Shown here: positions 25,379 to 34,629 of the stretch, one piece after another
How the letters are laid out: every line of letters begins with the position of its first letter
How positions within the stretch are numbered: position 1 is the stretch's first letter
Source: an uncultured Chloroflexia bacterium
GTDB taxonomy: Bacteria > Chloroflexota > Limnocylindria > Limnocylindrales > CSP1-4
Direction of reading: 5' to 3'
NCBI GenBank assembly: GCA_963841545.1
Contig: CAWJDE010000004.1
Span: forward strand, 65,474 to 129,473
Length of the DNA: 64,000 nucleotides
Made by a program: the position numbers and the translations under genes
Notes under the pieces: model-generated
Databases searched by the model: none
The model's input: only the letters and a program-made list of their open reading frames with translations
What the model was told of the DNA's origin: nothing

Positions 25379-26212
25379 ATGGCGCACGGCACCGTCATCG
25401 TCATCGGCGGCGCCGAGGACAAGGTCCGCGACCGGGTCATCCTCGGCCGGTTCGTGACGCTTGCCGGCGGCGATGCCGCCCGGATCGCCGTGATCAGCTC
25501 CGCGTCCTCGCTGGGGCCGGAGGCGGGGGCTCGATACGAGGCCGTGTTCACGGATCTTGGCGCCGCTCACGTCCGGTCGCTCCACGCGGTGGCCCGCACC
25601 CAGGCCAACGACGAGCACGCGGCCCAGGCGATCCGGGACGCCAGCGGCATCTTCCTGACCGGCGGCAACCAGCTCCGGCTGTCGTCGACCATCGGCGGCA
25701 CCCGGCTCGCCACGGCGATCGCCGCCCGGTTCGAGGCGGGTGCCGTGGTCGCCGGGACGTCGGCCGGGGCGAGCGCCGTCTCGTCGCACATGATCGCGTT
25801 CGGCGCGTCCGGGGCGACCCCCAAGCACCGCATGGCCCAGATCGCGGCCGGTCTCGGGCTGCTCCCGGGTGTGATCGTCGACCAGCACTTTCAGCAGCGG
25901 AACCGGCTGGGGCGGCTGCTGTCGGTGATCGCCCAGAACCCGAGCCTGCTGGGCCTGGGTGTCGACGAGGACACGGCGGGCGTGGTCGGGCCGGACCAGA
26001 TCATGGAGGTCATCGGGCGCGGGTCGATCACCGTGGTCGACGGGGCCGCGTCGGAGACCGACGCGTGGGAGATCCGCGGGCACCGGCCGCTGATGATCAG
26101 CGGCGTCGTCCTGCATTCGCTGCCGGCCGGCTATCGGTTCGACCTCCAGCGCCGGGTGCGCGTCCCGACGCCGCAGCTCCATGCGATCCAGGGCGAGGCG
26201 GCCTCGAGCTGA
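25379..26212 (+). CDS. cphB: Cyanophycinase (peptidase S51)
   Basis: The translation includes 'VIVIGGAEDK…ARIAVISSAS…GIFLTGGNQLRL…AGTSAGASAVSSHMI…IVDQHFQQRNRLGRLL', with the Ser nucleophile in the 'GTSAG' context typical of CphB. Confidence 0.8.
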   Translation: MAHGTVIVIGGAEDKVRDRVILGRFVTLAGGDAARIAVISSASSLGPEAGARYEAVFTDLGAAHVRSLHAVARTQANDEHAAQAIRDASGIFLTGGNQLRLSSTIGGTRLATAIAARFEAGAVVAGTSAGASAVSSHMIAFGASGATPKHRMAQIAAGLGLLPGVIVDQHFQQRNRLGRLLSVIAQNPSLLGLGVDEDTAGVVGPDQIMEVIGRGSITVVDGAASETDAWEIRGHRPLMISGVVLHSLPAGYRFDLQRRVRVPTPQLHAIQGEAASS

Positions 26213-26305
26213 CGCCGGCCGGCATCGGTGCCCCGACGGCTGCCACCGGCACGGGCGACCTCATCCCGGCGCCGTTGCCGAGGGTCCGGCGCTTCGGGCA
26301 GCTGC

Positions 26306-26836
26306 CTAGCGCTTCAGGCAGGCGTTGATCCGCTGCAGCCGACCACCGAGGCTGAGCCTGAGCTCGAGCGAGCCGTACCGCAGGCCACGGAACATGTAGA
26401 CCAGGGTCGGAGTCTGGAAGGCGCTGCTGAGCCGTTGCGGCTGCCCAAGCGTTGCGACGATCTCGTTCACGCCGTCGCCCCAGTGCAGCCCCTGGGGCAG
26501 CTCGCCCCGAAACGTATCGATCGAGCCGTTGCCCGGGCCATACAGCGACACCACCTGCACCAGGCCGTCGGGCAGCGTCACGGCTGTCCATTCCGGGCAG
26601 ACGACCGTGCGACCCTCGCCGATCGCGAGCGGCGCGCTCGGGCAGCCGGTGTCTCCCAGCCTGGTGCCCAGGAGCGCGACCGGGTCGCCCGCGGGCGTCG
26701 CCCCGAGCAGCACGCCGTTGGCCGTGTCCTGACCGAGCGAGGGGATGAGGCCGAACGACAGGACGACTGCGACGATGACCGCCAACGCAGCCACGCGTCC
26801 CAGCCGACCAATCCTGTCCGGATGCAACCTGTTCAT
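26306..26836 (-). CDS. Hypothetical exported or membrane-anchored protein
   Basis: The N-terminus 'MNRLHPDRIGRLGRVAALAVIVAVVLSFGL' suggests a membrane anchor. The function is unknown. Confidence 0.4.
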   Translation of the reverse strand: MNRLHPDRIGRLGRVAALAVIVAVVLSFGLIPSLGQDTANGVLLGATPAGDPVALLGTRLGDTGCPSAPLAIGEGRTVVCPEWTAVTLPDGLVQVVSLYGPGNGSIDTFRGELPQGLHWGDGVNEIVATLGQPQRLSSAFQTPTLVYMFRGLRYGSLELRLSLGGRLQRINACLKR

Positions 26837-27081
26837 CGGCGCCCCGCCTGGCAACCTCCACTTCGAGTCATTGCCGATGCTGCACCGCGGTGCACGCACG
26901 GCCAAGTGCTGGCCGGTGGCCATTCCCGGTCATTGCGGCCTCCGGCAACCATCCCGCAACGCATCGGCCTTGCCGTCCACGGCTGGCCCCGCCCGTCCGC
27001 CGCGGCGTACCGCGGCGTACCGCGGCGCACCGTGGGCCATTCCGGCTCGTACACTGCACGTTCCGCACCAGGAGGACGAAC

Positions 27082-30036
27082 GTGGCGCAGGAGGACCCCG
27101 CTCCAAGGACCCGGAACCGGAGGCGGAAGGTCGGCGGGGCCGCGGCATCCACGAGCCTGCGCGGCGCATCCGGCCCGCCGAAGGCCGCCGCAGCGAGCAC
27201 GGCAGCCACCCGGCGGCGCTCGTCGGACGCCCGCACCAGCCGCCGCCCGGAGCCCACCCTGCGGATCGTCGAGACCCGGGTCCTGCGCGGTCCCAACTAC
27301 TGGGCCCGGGAGCCGGTCATCCGCCAGGTGGTCGATCTGGGCGTGCTCGAGGAGTTCCCGTCCAACACGATCCCGGGCTTCGTCGACGCCCTGGTCGAGC
27401 TGCTGCCGACGCTCGAGGACCACGCCTGCTCGCTCGGTCGCCGCGGCGGCTTCGTCACGCGGCTGCGGGACGGGACGTGGGCCGGGCACGTGACCGAGCA
27501 CATCGCGCTCGAGTTCCAGAACCTGGCCGGCACCGACGTCCGCCACGGCAAGACGCGCGGCACCGGTGAGTACGGCCGGTACAACGTCATCTTCGAGTAC
27601 CGCGAGGAGCAGGTCGGGATCGCCGCCGGGCGGATGGCGGTGGGGCTCGTCAACCACCTGGTCGCGCCTAACGACCCCGCCTTCGCGTTCGACCTCGTCG
27701 AGGAGCTCGAGGGGCTGATCCGGCTTGCCGAGCGGCTCGCGTTCGGGCCGTCGACCCAGGCGCTGCTCGACGAGGCCGCCGGGCGCGACATCCCGTACAT
27801 CCGCCTCGACCGCTACAGCCTGGTGCAGCTCGGCCAGGGCGTCCACCAGCAGCGGATCCGGGCGACCATGACCAGCCGCACCGGGGGCATCGCGGTCGAC
27901 ATCGCGTCCGACAAGAAGCTGACCAACCGGCTGCTCGATTCGGCCGGGCTCCCCGTGCCGCGCTCGGAGGTCGTGGAGACCGAGGACGAGGCGGTGGCGG
28001 CGGCGAAGCGGCTCGGCTTCCCGTGCGTGATCAAGCCGCTCGACGGCAACCACGGCCGTGGCGTGGCGCTCGACCTGCGCGACGAAGCCGCGGTCCGAGG
28101 CGCCTGGCCCGACACGGTCCGCCAGAGCCGTGGCGGGGACGTGGTCGTCGAGACGTACATCACCGGGCGCGACTACCGCTGCCTCGTGATCGGCGGCAAG
28201 CTCGCGGCCGTCGCCGAGCGCGTGCCGGCCAGCGTCACCGGCGATGGCGAGCACACGGTCCGCGAGCTGGTCGACGCGACCAACGCCGACCCGCGGCGGG
28301 GCATCGGCCACGAGAAGGTGCTGACCAGGATCCGGCTGGACGAGACCGCCGACGCCGTCCTCGCGGCCCAGGGCTGCACGCTCGACAGCGTGCCCGAGGC
28401 CGGCGCCTTCGTGAAGCTCGCCCTCACCGGCAACATGAGCACCGGCGGCACCTCGATCGACCGCACCACCGAGGCGCACCCCGACAACGTGGAGATCGCC
28501 GAGACGGCGGCCCGGGTCGTCGGCCTCGACATCGCGGGCATCGACTTCATCTGCCCCGACATCGAGGAGCCCGTCCGCGAGACGGGCGGCGGGATCGTCG
28601 AGGTCAACGCGGCACCGGGGTTCCGGATGCACACCCATCCCACCGAGGGCGAGCCGCAGTACGTGGCGAAGCCCGTGATCGACCTGCTGTTCCCGCCGGG
28701 CTCGCCCGCCCGGATCCCGATCGTCGCGATCACCGGCACCAACGGCAAGACGACGACCGTGCGGATGGTCGCCCACATCCTCAAGCTGATGGGCCGGCGG
28801 GTGGGCATGACCTCGACCGACGGCATCGTCATCGACGGTCGCCTGATGAAGCGTGGCGACATGAGCGGCCCGCGCTCGGCGCAGATGGTCCTCCAGAACC
28901 CGACCGTGGACACGGCGGTGTTCGAGGTCGCCCGCGGCGGGATCCTGCGCGAGGGCCTGGGCTACGACCGCAACGACGTCGCCGTGGTCACCAACGTCAC
29001 CGGCGATCACCTGGGTCTCGGCGGCATCGAGACCGTCGGGCAGCTGGCCAACGTCAAGGGCGTGCTCGTCGAGGCGGTCCCGAGGTCGGGGACGGCGGTC
29101 CTCAACGCCGACGATCCGCACGTCTACCGGATGGGCCGCCACTGCGCGGGGCAGGTCGTGCTGTTCTCGATGTCGAAGGTCAAGGGCGAAGAGGGCTTCG
29201 ACCGCATCGACGGCCACACGGCGCGGGGCAACGCCGCGTTCTGCCTCGAGGACACGCCCGAGGGCGAGCTGATGGTGCTCAAGCACGGGCCGCGAAAGAT
29301 GCCGGTGCTGTACACGCACCTGATGCCCGGCACGTTCGGTGGGCGCGCCCGGATGAACGTCGCCAACTCGCTCGCCGCCGCGGCCGCGGCCTGGGCGGCC
29401 GGCGCCCACCTCCACGACATCCGCCAGGGCCTGCGAACGTTCACCACCTCGTTCTTCCAGGCGCCCGGCCGGCTCAACCTGATCGAGGTCGGCGGGGCGC
29501 GGGTGGTCATCGACTACTGCCACAACGTCGACGGGATGCGCCAGCTCGCCGACTTCGTGAACCGGATGATGGCGGAACCGGGGGCGAAGCCCGGCACCCG
29601 CGGGGCCGGCGGGCGTGCCGCGAGCCCGCCTGCCCGGACCGGTCGCGCGATCGGGGTCATCGGCATCCCGGGCGACCGGCGCGACGAGGACCAGCACGAG
29701 TACGGGGCGCTGGCCGCGACGGCGTTCGACGAGATCATCATCCGCGAGGACAAGAACCTCCGCGGCCGTGAGCCCGGGGTGTCTGCCGGGAACGTGGCCC
29801 TGGGGGCCCGGGCGGTCCGGGCCGATGGCGGGGCGCGGACCACCCGCATCGACAAGGTGCTCGATGAGCCGGCAGCGGTCAGGGCAGCGCTCCGCCGGGC
29901 GGCACCCGGCGATCTCGTGGTCGTGTGCGCCGACGATGCGGTCGGCGTCTACCGCGCGGCGATGGCGCTGGCGGGACGCGCCGCCGGGGCGACCGCGTTC
30001 GCCGACCCGGGCGAGCTCGAGGCCCCGCTGGGCTGA
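27082..30036 (+). CDS. cphA: Cyanophycin synthetase with N-terminal, ATP-grasp and Mur-ligase M and C domains. The GTG start follows an AGGAGG element; an Arg/Ala-rich N-terminal extension is possible
   Basis: The N-terminal domain reads 'LRIVETRVLRGPNYW'. The ATP-grasp domain reads 'DKKLTNRLLDSAGLPVPR…GFPCVIKPLDGNHGRGV'. The Mur-ligase domain reads 'IVAITGTNGKTTTVRM…TNVTGDHLG'. Confidence 0.85.
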   Translation: MAQEDPAPRTRNRRRKVGGAAASTSLRGASGPPKAAAASTAATRRRSSDARTSRRPEPTLRIVETRVLRGPNYWAREPVIRQVVDLGVLEEFPSNTIPGFVDALVELLPTLEDHACSLGRRGGFVTRLRDGTWAGHVTEHIALEFQNLAGTDVRHGKTRGTGEYGRYNVIFEYREEQVGIAAGRMAVGLVNHLVAPNDPAFAFDLVEELEGLIRLAERLAFGPSTQALLDEAAGRDIPYIRLDRYSLVQLGQGVHQQRIRATMTSRTGGIAVDIASDKKLTNRLLDSAGLPVPRSEVVETEDEAVAAAKRLGFPCVIKPLDGNHGRGVALDLRDEAAVRGAWPDTVRQSRGGDVVVETYITGRDYRCLVIGGKLAAVAERVPASVTGDGEHTVRELVDATNADPRRGIGHEKVLTRIRLDETADAVLAAQGCTLDSVPEAGAFVKLALTGNMSTGGTSIDRTTEAHPDNVEIAETAARVVGLDIAGIDFICPDIEEPVRETGGGIVEVNAAPGFRMHTHPTEGEPQYVAKPVIDLLFPPGSPARIPIVAITGTNGKTTTVRMVAHILKLMGRRVGMTSTDGIVIDGRLMKRGDMSGPRSAQMVLQNPTVDTAVFEVARGGILREGLGYDRNDVAVVTNVTGDHLGLGGIETVGQLANVKGVLVEAVPRSGTAVLNADDPHVYRMGRHCAGQVVLFSMSKVKGEEGFDRIDGHTARGNAAFCLEDTPEGELMVLKHGPRKMPVLYTHLMPGTFGGRARMNVANSLAAAAAAWAAGAHLHDIRQGLRTFTTSFFQAPGRLNLIEVGGARVVIDYCHNVDGMRQLADFVNRMMAEPGAKPGTRGAGGRAASPPARTGRAIGVIGIPGDRRDEDQHEYGALAATAFDEIIIREDKNLRGREPGVSAGNVALGARAVRADGGARTTRIDKVLDEPAAVRAALRRAAPGDLVVVCADDAVGVYRAAMALAGRAAGATAFADPGELEAPLG

Positions 30037-30055
30037 CCGGCGTGGCCGGCGGGGG

Positions 30056-30387
30056 TCAGAACCCTCCGCCGCCGAGGAGGTTGACCCCGACCATGGCGCC
30101 GTTGTCGGCGATCGTGCCCACGTCCGCGTCGGGCGGCAGGTCGTCCGTCACGCCGCGCGCCCTCGCCTCGCACTCGGCGCACCGGAAGGCACGCGACCCG
30201 TCGGGCCCGACCGTCGCCACGCGATCCGATAGAGCACGCTGCCGACCACCGTCGCCTCGCCGCAGCCCGGGCATGCCTCGCTGGCATCGGCCGCGGCGGA
30301 TGGTGGGACCGCGTCGCTCCGACGACGAACGGAGCCGAGCAGCCGGGCAACGACGCCTCGGGCCCCTGGATGGCGCGACTCGGACAT
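30056..30387 (-). pseudogene. Small Cys4 zinc-ribbon-like ORF split across two frames (CPGC in one frame, CAEC in the other). It may be a frameshifted gene, an indel, or not a gene
   Basis: The ORFs 30148..30387 and 30056..30430 on the minus strand are offset by one frame. A codon-third-position GC swap is visible around 30200–30215. Confidence 0.25.
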
Positions 30388-30469
30388 GGCGTTTCCGCAC
30401 CTCCGTGACGGTGCAGCAACGTTGGCTCACGGCCCACCGACCGTCAAAGGTCGGGCGACCCGATCCGCG

Positions 30470-32227
30470 TCAGGCGCGGCGGCGATCCGCGAGCCGTGGC
30501 GAGAGCTCGCGCAGGCCGTCCGCAAGGTCGACCGGACGTGCGCCGAGGCGCTCGAGGAGCGCGAACACCGCGTCACGCTCGGCGTGACAGAACAGCACCA
30601 CGACCCGCGGCGCGTCGCTGCGCCCGTCGGCCGTGGCGGCCGACCCGTCTGCGCCCAGCTCGCGCTCGAGCGCCTGGATCTCGGTCTCGTAGACGGGCAC
30701 CGTCGCCGGATCCATGCCGCCCGCCCGGATCCCGGCCAGCAGCTGCTCGACGATGCTCGTGCGATCCCGGCCACGGAGGTACACGAGCGTCTCCTTGATC
30801 GCGACCCGCTGCGCCTTCTCCGCCGCGATCCGCCCGATCCCACGGAGCGAGTCGTCGGGCCGATCGCCCGCGGTGCCGATGATCGCGGTCACGGGCGCCG
30901 CCCGGCCCGCCGCCCCGCCGGCGATGGCACCTGCCACGTCGAGGATCGCCTCCGTCCCGGCCTCGTTGTGGGCGAAGTCGACGATCACGGTCCGCCGGCC
31001 CACCCGGAACAGGTTGAGGCGGCCGGGCGACAGCTCGGTCGATGGCCGGAAGCGGCGCAGGCCCTCGGCAACCTCGGCCCGGGTGGCCCCCAGCGCCCGC
31101 GCGCCGGCCGCCGCGGCGAGCGCGTTCGCGACGTTGTGGCGGGCGAGCCCGCCGAGCGCGATGGGCAGCTCGGCCTCGGCCACGAGGTCGTGCTCGACGG
31201 GTCCCTCGCACTCCACGAGGCGATCGCCCGCCACCAGGTAGGCGCGCCCGCCCGCGGCGCGGTGGCGGGCGACCGGCGGGGATCCCGGGCGGAGCGAGAA
31301 CAGCGCGACCCGCGCCCGTACGCGGCGCCCGACCGCGGCAACCAGCGGGTCGTCGGCGTTGAGCACCACCCAGCCATCGGCCCGGGTCACACGGCAGACC
31401 GTGGCCTTGACCTCGGCCAGCTCGGCGAGGGTGTGGATGCCGTGGAGGTCGAGGTGGTCGGCCGAGACGTTCGTGAACACGCTGGCGTCGTTCGACTCGT
31501 AGCCCAGCCCGCGCTGGATGAGCCCGCCGCGTGCCGTCTCGAGCACCGCGGCGTCGAGGTCGACCCGGCGCAGGATCGCGGCGGCACCGCCCGGCCCGGT
31601 CCAGTCGCCGGCGTCCACCAGCCGCTCGTCGACGAGGATCCCGTCCGAGGTCGTCGAGCCCACCCGGCGCCCGGCCCGCACCAGGATGTGCGTGATCAGG
31701 CGGGTCACGGTCGACTTGCCGTTGGTCCCGGTGATCGAGATCGTCGGGATCCGGCGGACGTCGTCGCGGATCCACGTCGGCGGCGTCGCCAGCGCCTCGC
31801 CGATCCGCGCCTCCCACCGGCCGACCAGCTGTGCCTGGGTGTTGGTCAGGCGGACCCGTCGCCCGGCCGAGACCGACCGGGTCGCGAGGTCGTAGGCGGC
31901 CTCGGCGATCGTGCGGGACCGCTCCGCGCCCTGCCACGGCCAGCTGACGATCCAGGCCCCCGCATCCGACCCGCGATGGACCTCGACGGGGCCGGCGCGC
32001 TCGCCGTGGTCGGCACGCAACCGGCGCGTCCACGCGACGAGGTCGGCGACCGCATCCGGCCAGCCGCGGGCGGGGACGGTGCGGCCGAGGTGGACGAGCG
32101 TGCGTGCGGGGGCGTCTCGCGCGCCGCGCCAGGCGCGCGTCCGCCCGACCGTGACCTCGACCTTGACCACCGGCTCGAGCCGGTAGACGTTCGGTCCCTC
32201 CAGCAGGCGGATCTCGCTGAGACGCAC
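30470..32227 (-). CDS. Cyanophycin-synthetase-like Mur ligase family protein. It has a CphA-type N-terminal domain fused directly to the Mur-ligase M and C domains, with no ATP-grasp domain
   Basis: The N-terminus 'VRLSEIRLLEGPNVYRLEPVVKVEV' parallels CphA 'RIVETRVLRGPNYWAREPVIRQV'. The Mur-ligase domain reads 'ISITGTNGKSTVTRL…TNVSADHLD'. No ATP-grasp segment is present. The start is taken at the GTG ending at 32227. Confidence 0.65.
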   Translation of the reverse strand: MRLSEIRLLEGPNVYRLEPVVKVEVTVGRTRAWRGARDAPARTLVHLGRTVPARGWPDAVADLVAWTRRLRADHGERAGPVEVHRGSDAGAWIVSWPWQGAERSRTIAEAAYDLATRSVSAGRRVRLTNTQAQLVGRWEARIGEALATPPTWIRDDVRRIPTISITGTNGKSTVTRLITHILVRAGRRVGSTTSDGILVDERLVDAGDWTGPGGAAAILRRVDLDAAVLETARGGLIQRGLGYESNDASVFTNVSADHLDLHGIHTLAELAEVKATVCRVTRADGWVVLNADDPLVAAVGRRVRARVALFSLRPGSPPVARHRAAGGRAYLVAGDRLVECEGPVEHDLVAEAELPIALGGLARHNVANALAAAAGARALGATRAEVAEGLRRFRPSTELSPGRLNLFRVGRRTVIVDFAHNEAGTEAILDVAGAIAGGAAGRAAPVTAIIGTAGDRPDDSLRGIGRIAAEKAQRVAIKETLVYLRGRDRTSIVEQLLAGIRAGGMDPATVPVYETEIQALERELGADGSAATADGRSDAPRVVVLFCHAERDAVFALLERLGARPVDLADGLRELSPRLADRRRA

Positions 32228-32374
32228 GATCAGGGGAGCATACGTGAGCGTGCGGCCCGCGGCCCCTCCGGTTGCACGGCAGCGTGACGAGCGCCCGGGA
32301 GGCGTCCTGGTCCGCGCCGGGCGCCGCCGGTCCGGGACGCCGACCGCGAACCCGGCCGCCCATACAATCGACGC

Positions 32375-33763
32375 ATGGCCGCCGAACCCCGCCCCCGTTT
32401 CACCGCCGCGGAGCTCGCGGCGCTGAGCGAGCGGATCGAGCGCGACCTTCCCGCCTATCTCGCCGACCTCGAGGACCTCGTCAACGTCGATTGCGGCAGC
32501 TACACGAAGGCCGGCGTCGACACGATCGGGCGCTGGGTCGCCCACCGTCTCGCAGCCCTGGGTGCGAGCGTCACGGCCCACCCCAACGACCTCGGGCTGG
32601 GCGACACGATCGTGGGCGAGCTCGTCGGCGCGGACCCCACCGGGCCGACGCTGCTGTGCATCGCCCACCTCGACACCGTGTTCGATCCCGGCACGGTCGC
32701 CGAGCGGCCGTTCGCGATCCGGGAGGGCATCGCCACCGGGCCCGGCGTCACCGACATGAAGAGCGGCCTGCTCACCGGCCTGTACGCCATCGTCGCCGTC
32801 AGCGAGGCGCTGGGGGCGCTGCCGCTGGCCAGGCTCGTATTCGTCGCCAACCCCGACGAGGAGATCGGCTCACCGGCGTCCACGCCGCACATCGAGCGGC
32901 TGGCCCGGGAGGCCGATGCCTGCCTGGTCCTCGAGTGCGCCCGCGCCAACGGCGACATCGTGTCCTCGCGCAAGGGCAACGTGGGCCTCGCCATCACCGT
33001 CCACGGCCGGGCGGCGCACGCGGGCATCGAGCCCGAGAAGGGCCGCAGCGCGATCCTCGAGGCGGCCCGGATCGTCACCGGGCTCCACGCGCTCAACGGC
33101 ACGCGGCCGGGCGTGACCGTCAACGCCGGCGTGATCGCCGGCGGCACGCGGCCCAACGTCGTCGCCGAGCGGTGCACCATCGAGGTCGACGTGCGCGCGG
33201 TCGCCCGCGACGCGCTGGTCGAGGTCGAGGCGGCCATCCGGGAGCTCGCGCGACCCCGGACCGCGCCCGACATCACCGTCGACGTCGTCGAGGGCGGTCG
33301 CCACTGGCCGATGGAGAAGCTCGAGCGCTCCGCCCACCTCGTCGGGCTGGCCGTCGAGCTCGCCGCCGGCCAGGGCTTCGAGCTCCACGACGCCGCGACC
33401 GGCGGCGCCTCGGACGCCAACACCACGGCCGGCCTGGGCGTGCCGACCGTCGACGGCCTGGGCCCGATCGGCGGCCTCGACCACGCCCCCGGGGAGTACC
33501 TCGAGGTTGCCTCGATCGTGCCCCGCACGATCCTCCTCGCCTCGCTCATCGCGGCGATCGGGCGCGACCCGGAGATCCGGGCGTGGCGGGCGGAGCGCCT
33601 CGCGCGCGCGGCGGCTCAGCCACCCGCGACACCCGCGACACCCGCGACACCCGCGACACCCGCGACACCCGCGACACCCGCGACACCCGCACCCGCGACA
33701 CCCGCGACACCCGCGACACCCGCGACACCGGTCAGGCCCCCGACGTCCGCGCCCGGCGCATGA
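32375..33763 (+). CDS. M20 family metallopeptidase (ArgE/DapE/CPG2-like) with a C-terminal ATP-repeat tail
   Basis: Motifs are 'LLCIAHLDTVF', 'GVTDMKSG', 'NPDEEIGSP' and a dimerisation domain. Confidence 0.8.
   Translation: MAAEPRPRFTAAELAALSERIERDLPAYLADLEDLVNVDCGSYTKAGVDTIGRWVAHRLAALGASVTAHPNDLGLGDTIVGELVGADPTGPTLLCIAHLDTVFDPGTVAERPFAIREGIATGPGVTDMKSGLLTGLYAIVAVSEALGALPLARLVFVANPDEEIGSPASTPHIERLAREADACLVLECARANGDIVSSRKGNVGLAITVHGRAAHAGIEPEKGRSAILEAARIVTGLHALNGTRPGVTVNAGVIAGGTRPNVVAERCTIEVDVRAVARDALVEVEAAIRELARPRTAPDITVDVVEGGRHWPMEKLERSAHLVGLAVELAAGQGFELHDAATGGASDANTTAGLGVPTVDGLGPIGGLDHAPGEYLEVASIVPRTILLASLIAAIGRDPEIRAWRAERLARAAAQPPATPATPATPATPATPATPATPAPATPATPATPATPVRPPTSAPGA
33625..33727 (+). 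repeat. In-frame 9-bp tandem repeat (gcgacaccc, encoding Ala-Thr-Pro), about 10 copies, at the 3' end of the M20 gene
   Basis: Six perfect copies are followed by a 6-bp remnant and four more copies. Confidence 0.8.
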
Positions 33764-34146
33764 CCCGCCGCCAGGTCGCCAGCGGCGGCCCCTGGGAGGC
33801 GTCGGCGGGCTATTCGCGGGCCCTCGCGGCGGGCGACGCATGCTTCGTCAGTGGCACCACGGATGCCGGTCCCGACGGCGAATCGCTCCACCCGGGCGAT
33901 GCCGCGGGCCAGGCGCGGGCGGCGTTCGCGATCATCGAGGGCGCGCTGGCCGAGGCGGGCTTCACGCTCGATGAGGTCGTCCGGACGCGGATGTACGTCG
34001 TGGACCCGGCCGACGCCGATCCGGTCGCCGCCGTGCATGGCGAGATCTTCCGCCACGTCCGGCCGGCCGCGACCCTGGTCGTCGTGGCCGGCCTGATGCG
34101 GCCGAGCCTGCTGGTCGAGGTCGAGGCCGAGGCGCGACACGCGTGA
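33760..34146 (+). CDS. ridA: RidA/YjgF family protein
   Basis: The ATG overlaps the M20 stop (ATGA). The C-terminal motif 'PAATLVVVAGLMRPSLLVEVEAEA' is present. Confidence 0.75.
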   Translation: MTRRQVASGGPWEASAGYSRALAAGDACFVSGTTDAGPDGESLHPGDAAGQARAAFAIIEGALAEAGFTLDEVVRTRMYVVDPADADPVAAVHGEIFRHVRPAATLVVVAGLMRPSLLVEVEAEARHA

Positions 34147-34218
34147 CCGGCCGGCCGCAGGCGACGGCCGGGCGGCAGGGACCCCGGGGCGCGGGACCTC
34201 CGGCTACGCGACCTCCGG

Positions 34219-34551
34219 CTACGCGACCCCCACGGTCCGGGCGACCGCGACCAGGCCCACCCCGCCGACCAGCCCCAGGAACAGGCTGCGTCGCCACGCC
34301 GTGAGCCCCAGGCACACGAGGACGCCGACGCCCTCGATCCCGAACCGGAGCACCTGCGATCCGTCGGGCGCCTCGAACACGAGCGTGTTGGTCGCCGCGA
34401 GCGAAGCCAGGATGGCAGGCCCGACCAGGCGCAGGTAGAGCAGCGCCCGCGCGGGCAGCCGCTCGATCCCGGGCACCAGCAGCGGAACGGCCCGTGACGG
34501 GTAGGTCGCGACCAGCATCAGCAGCGCGAGCGGGACGAGCTCGGTGCTCAC
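34219..34551 (-). CDS. azlD: AzlD-like branched-chain amino acid transport protein
   Basis: This 110-aa hydrophobic protein lies downstream of AzlC on the same strand. Confidence 0.55.
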   Translation of the reverse strand: MSTELVPLALLMLVATYPSRAVPLLVPGIERLPARALLYLRLVGPAILASLAATNTLVFEAPDGSQVLRFGIEGVGVLVCLGLTAWRRSLFLGLVGGVGLVAVARTVGVA

Positions 34552-34629
34552 CGCACGTGGTCTCCCGGCGACCGGCCGAGGCCGGCGCTCATCGTCCGTG
34601 CCTCCTGGCGACCGGCCGAGGTCGGCGCT

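Noticed and set aside
26890-27081. Longer N-terminal extension of CphA starting at the ATG at 26890
   Set aside because: That start would overlap the convergent hypothetical gene and the non-coding spacer. The GTG at 27082 is preceded by a perfect AGGAGG element. The conserved CphA N-terminal domain begins later still, so even 27082 may be too early.
32228-32668. An extra 147 aa at the N-terminus of the CphA paralogue, starting at the Met at 32668
   Set aside because: The CphA N-terminal-domain homology starts at 'VRLSEIRLLEGPNVY'. The extension is low-complexity and would remove the divergent promoter region shared with the M20 gene. A GTG start is inferred instead, but it is not certain.
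33546-33728. Minus-strand ORF encoding 'SRVSRVSRV…'
   Set aside because: This is the reverse complement of the in-frame ATP repeat at the 3' end of the M20 peptidase gene, so it is a mirror artefact.
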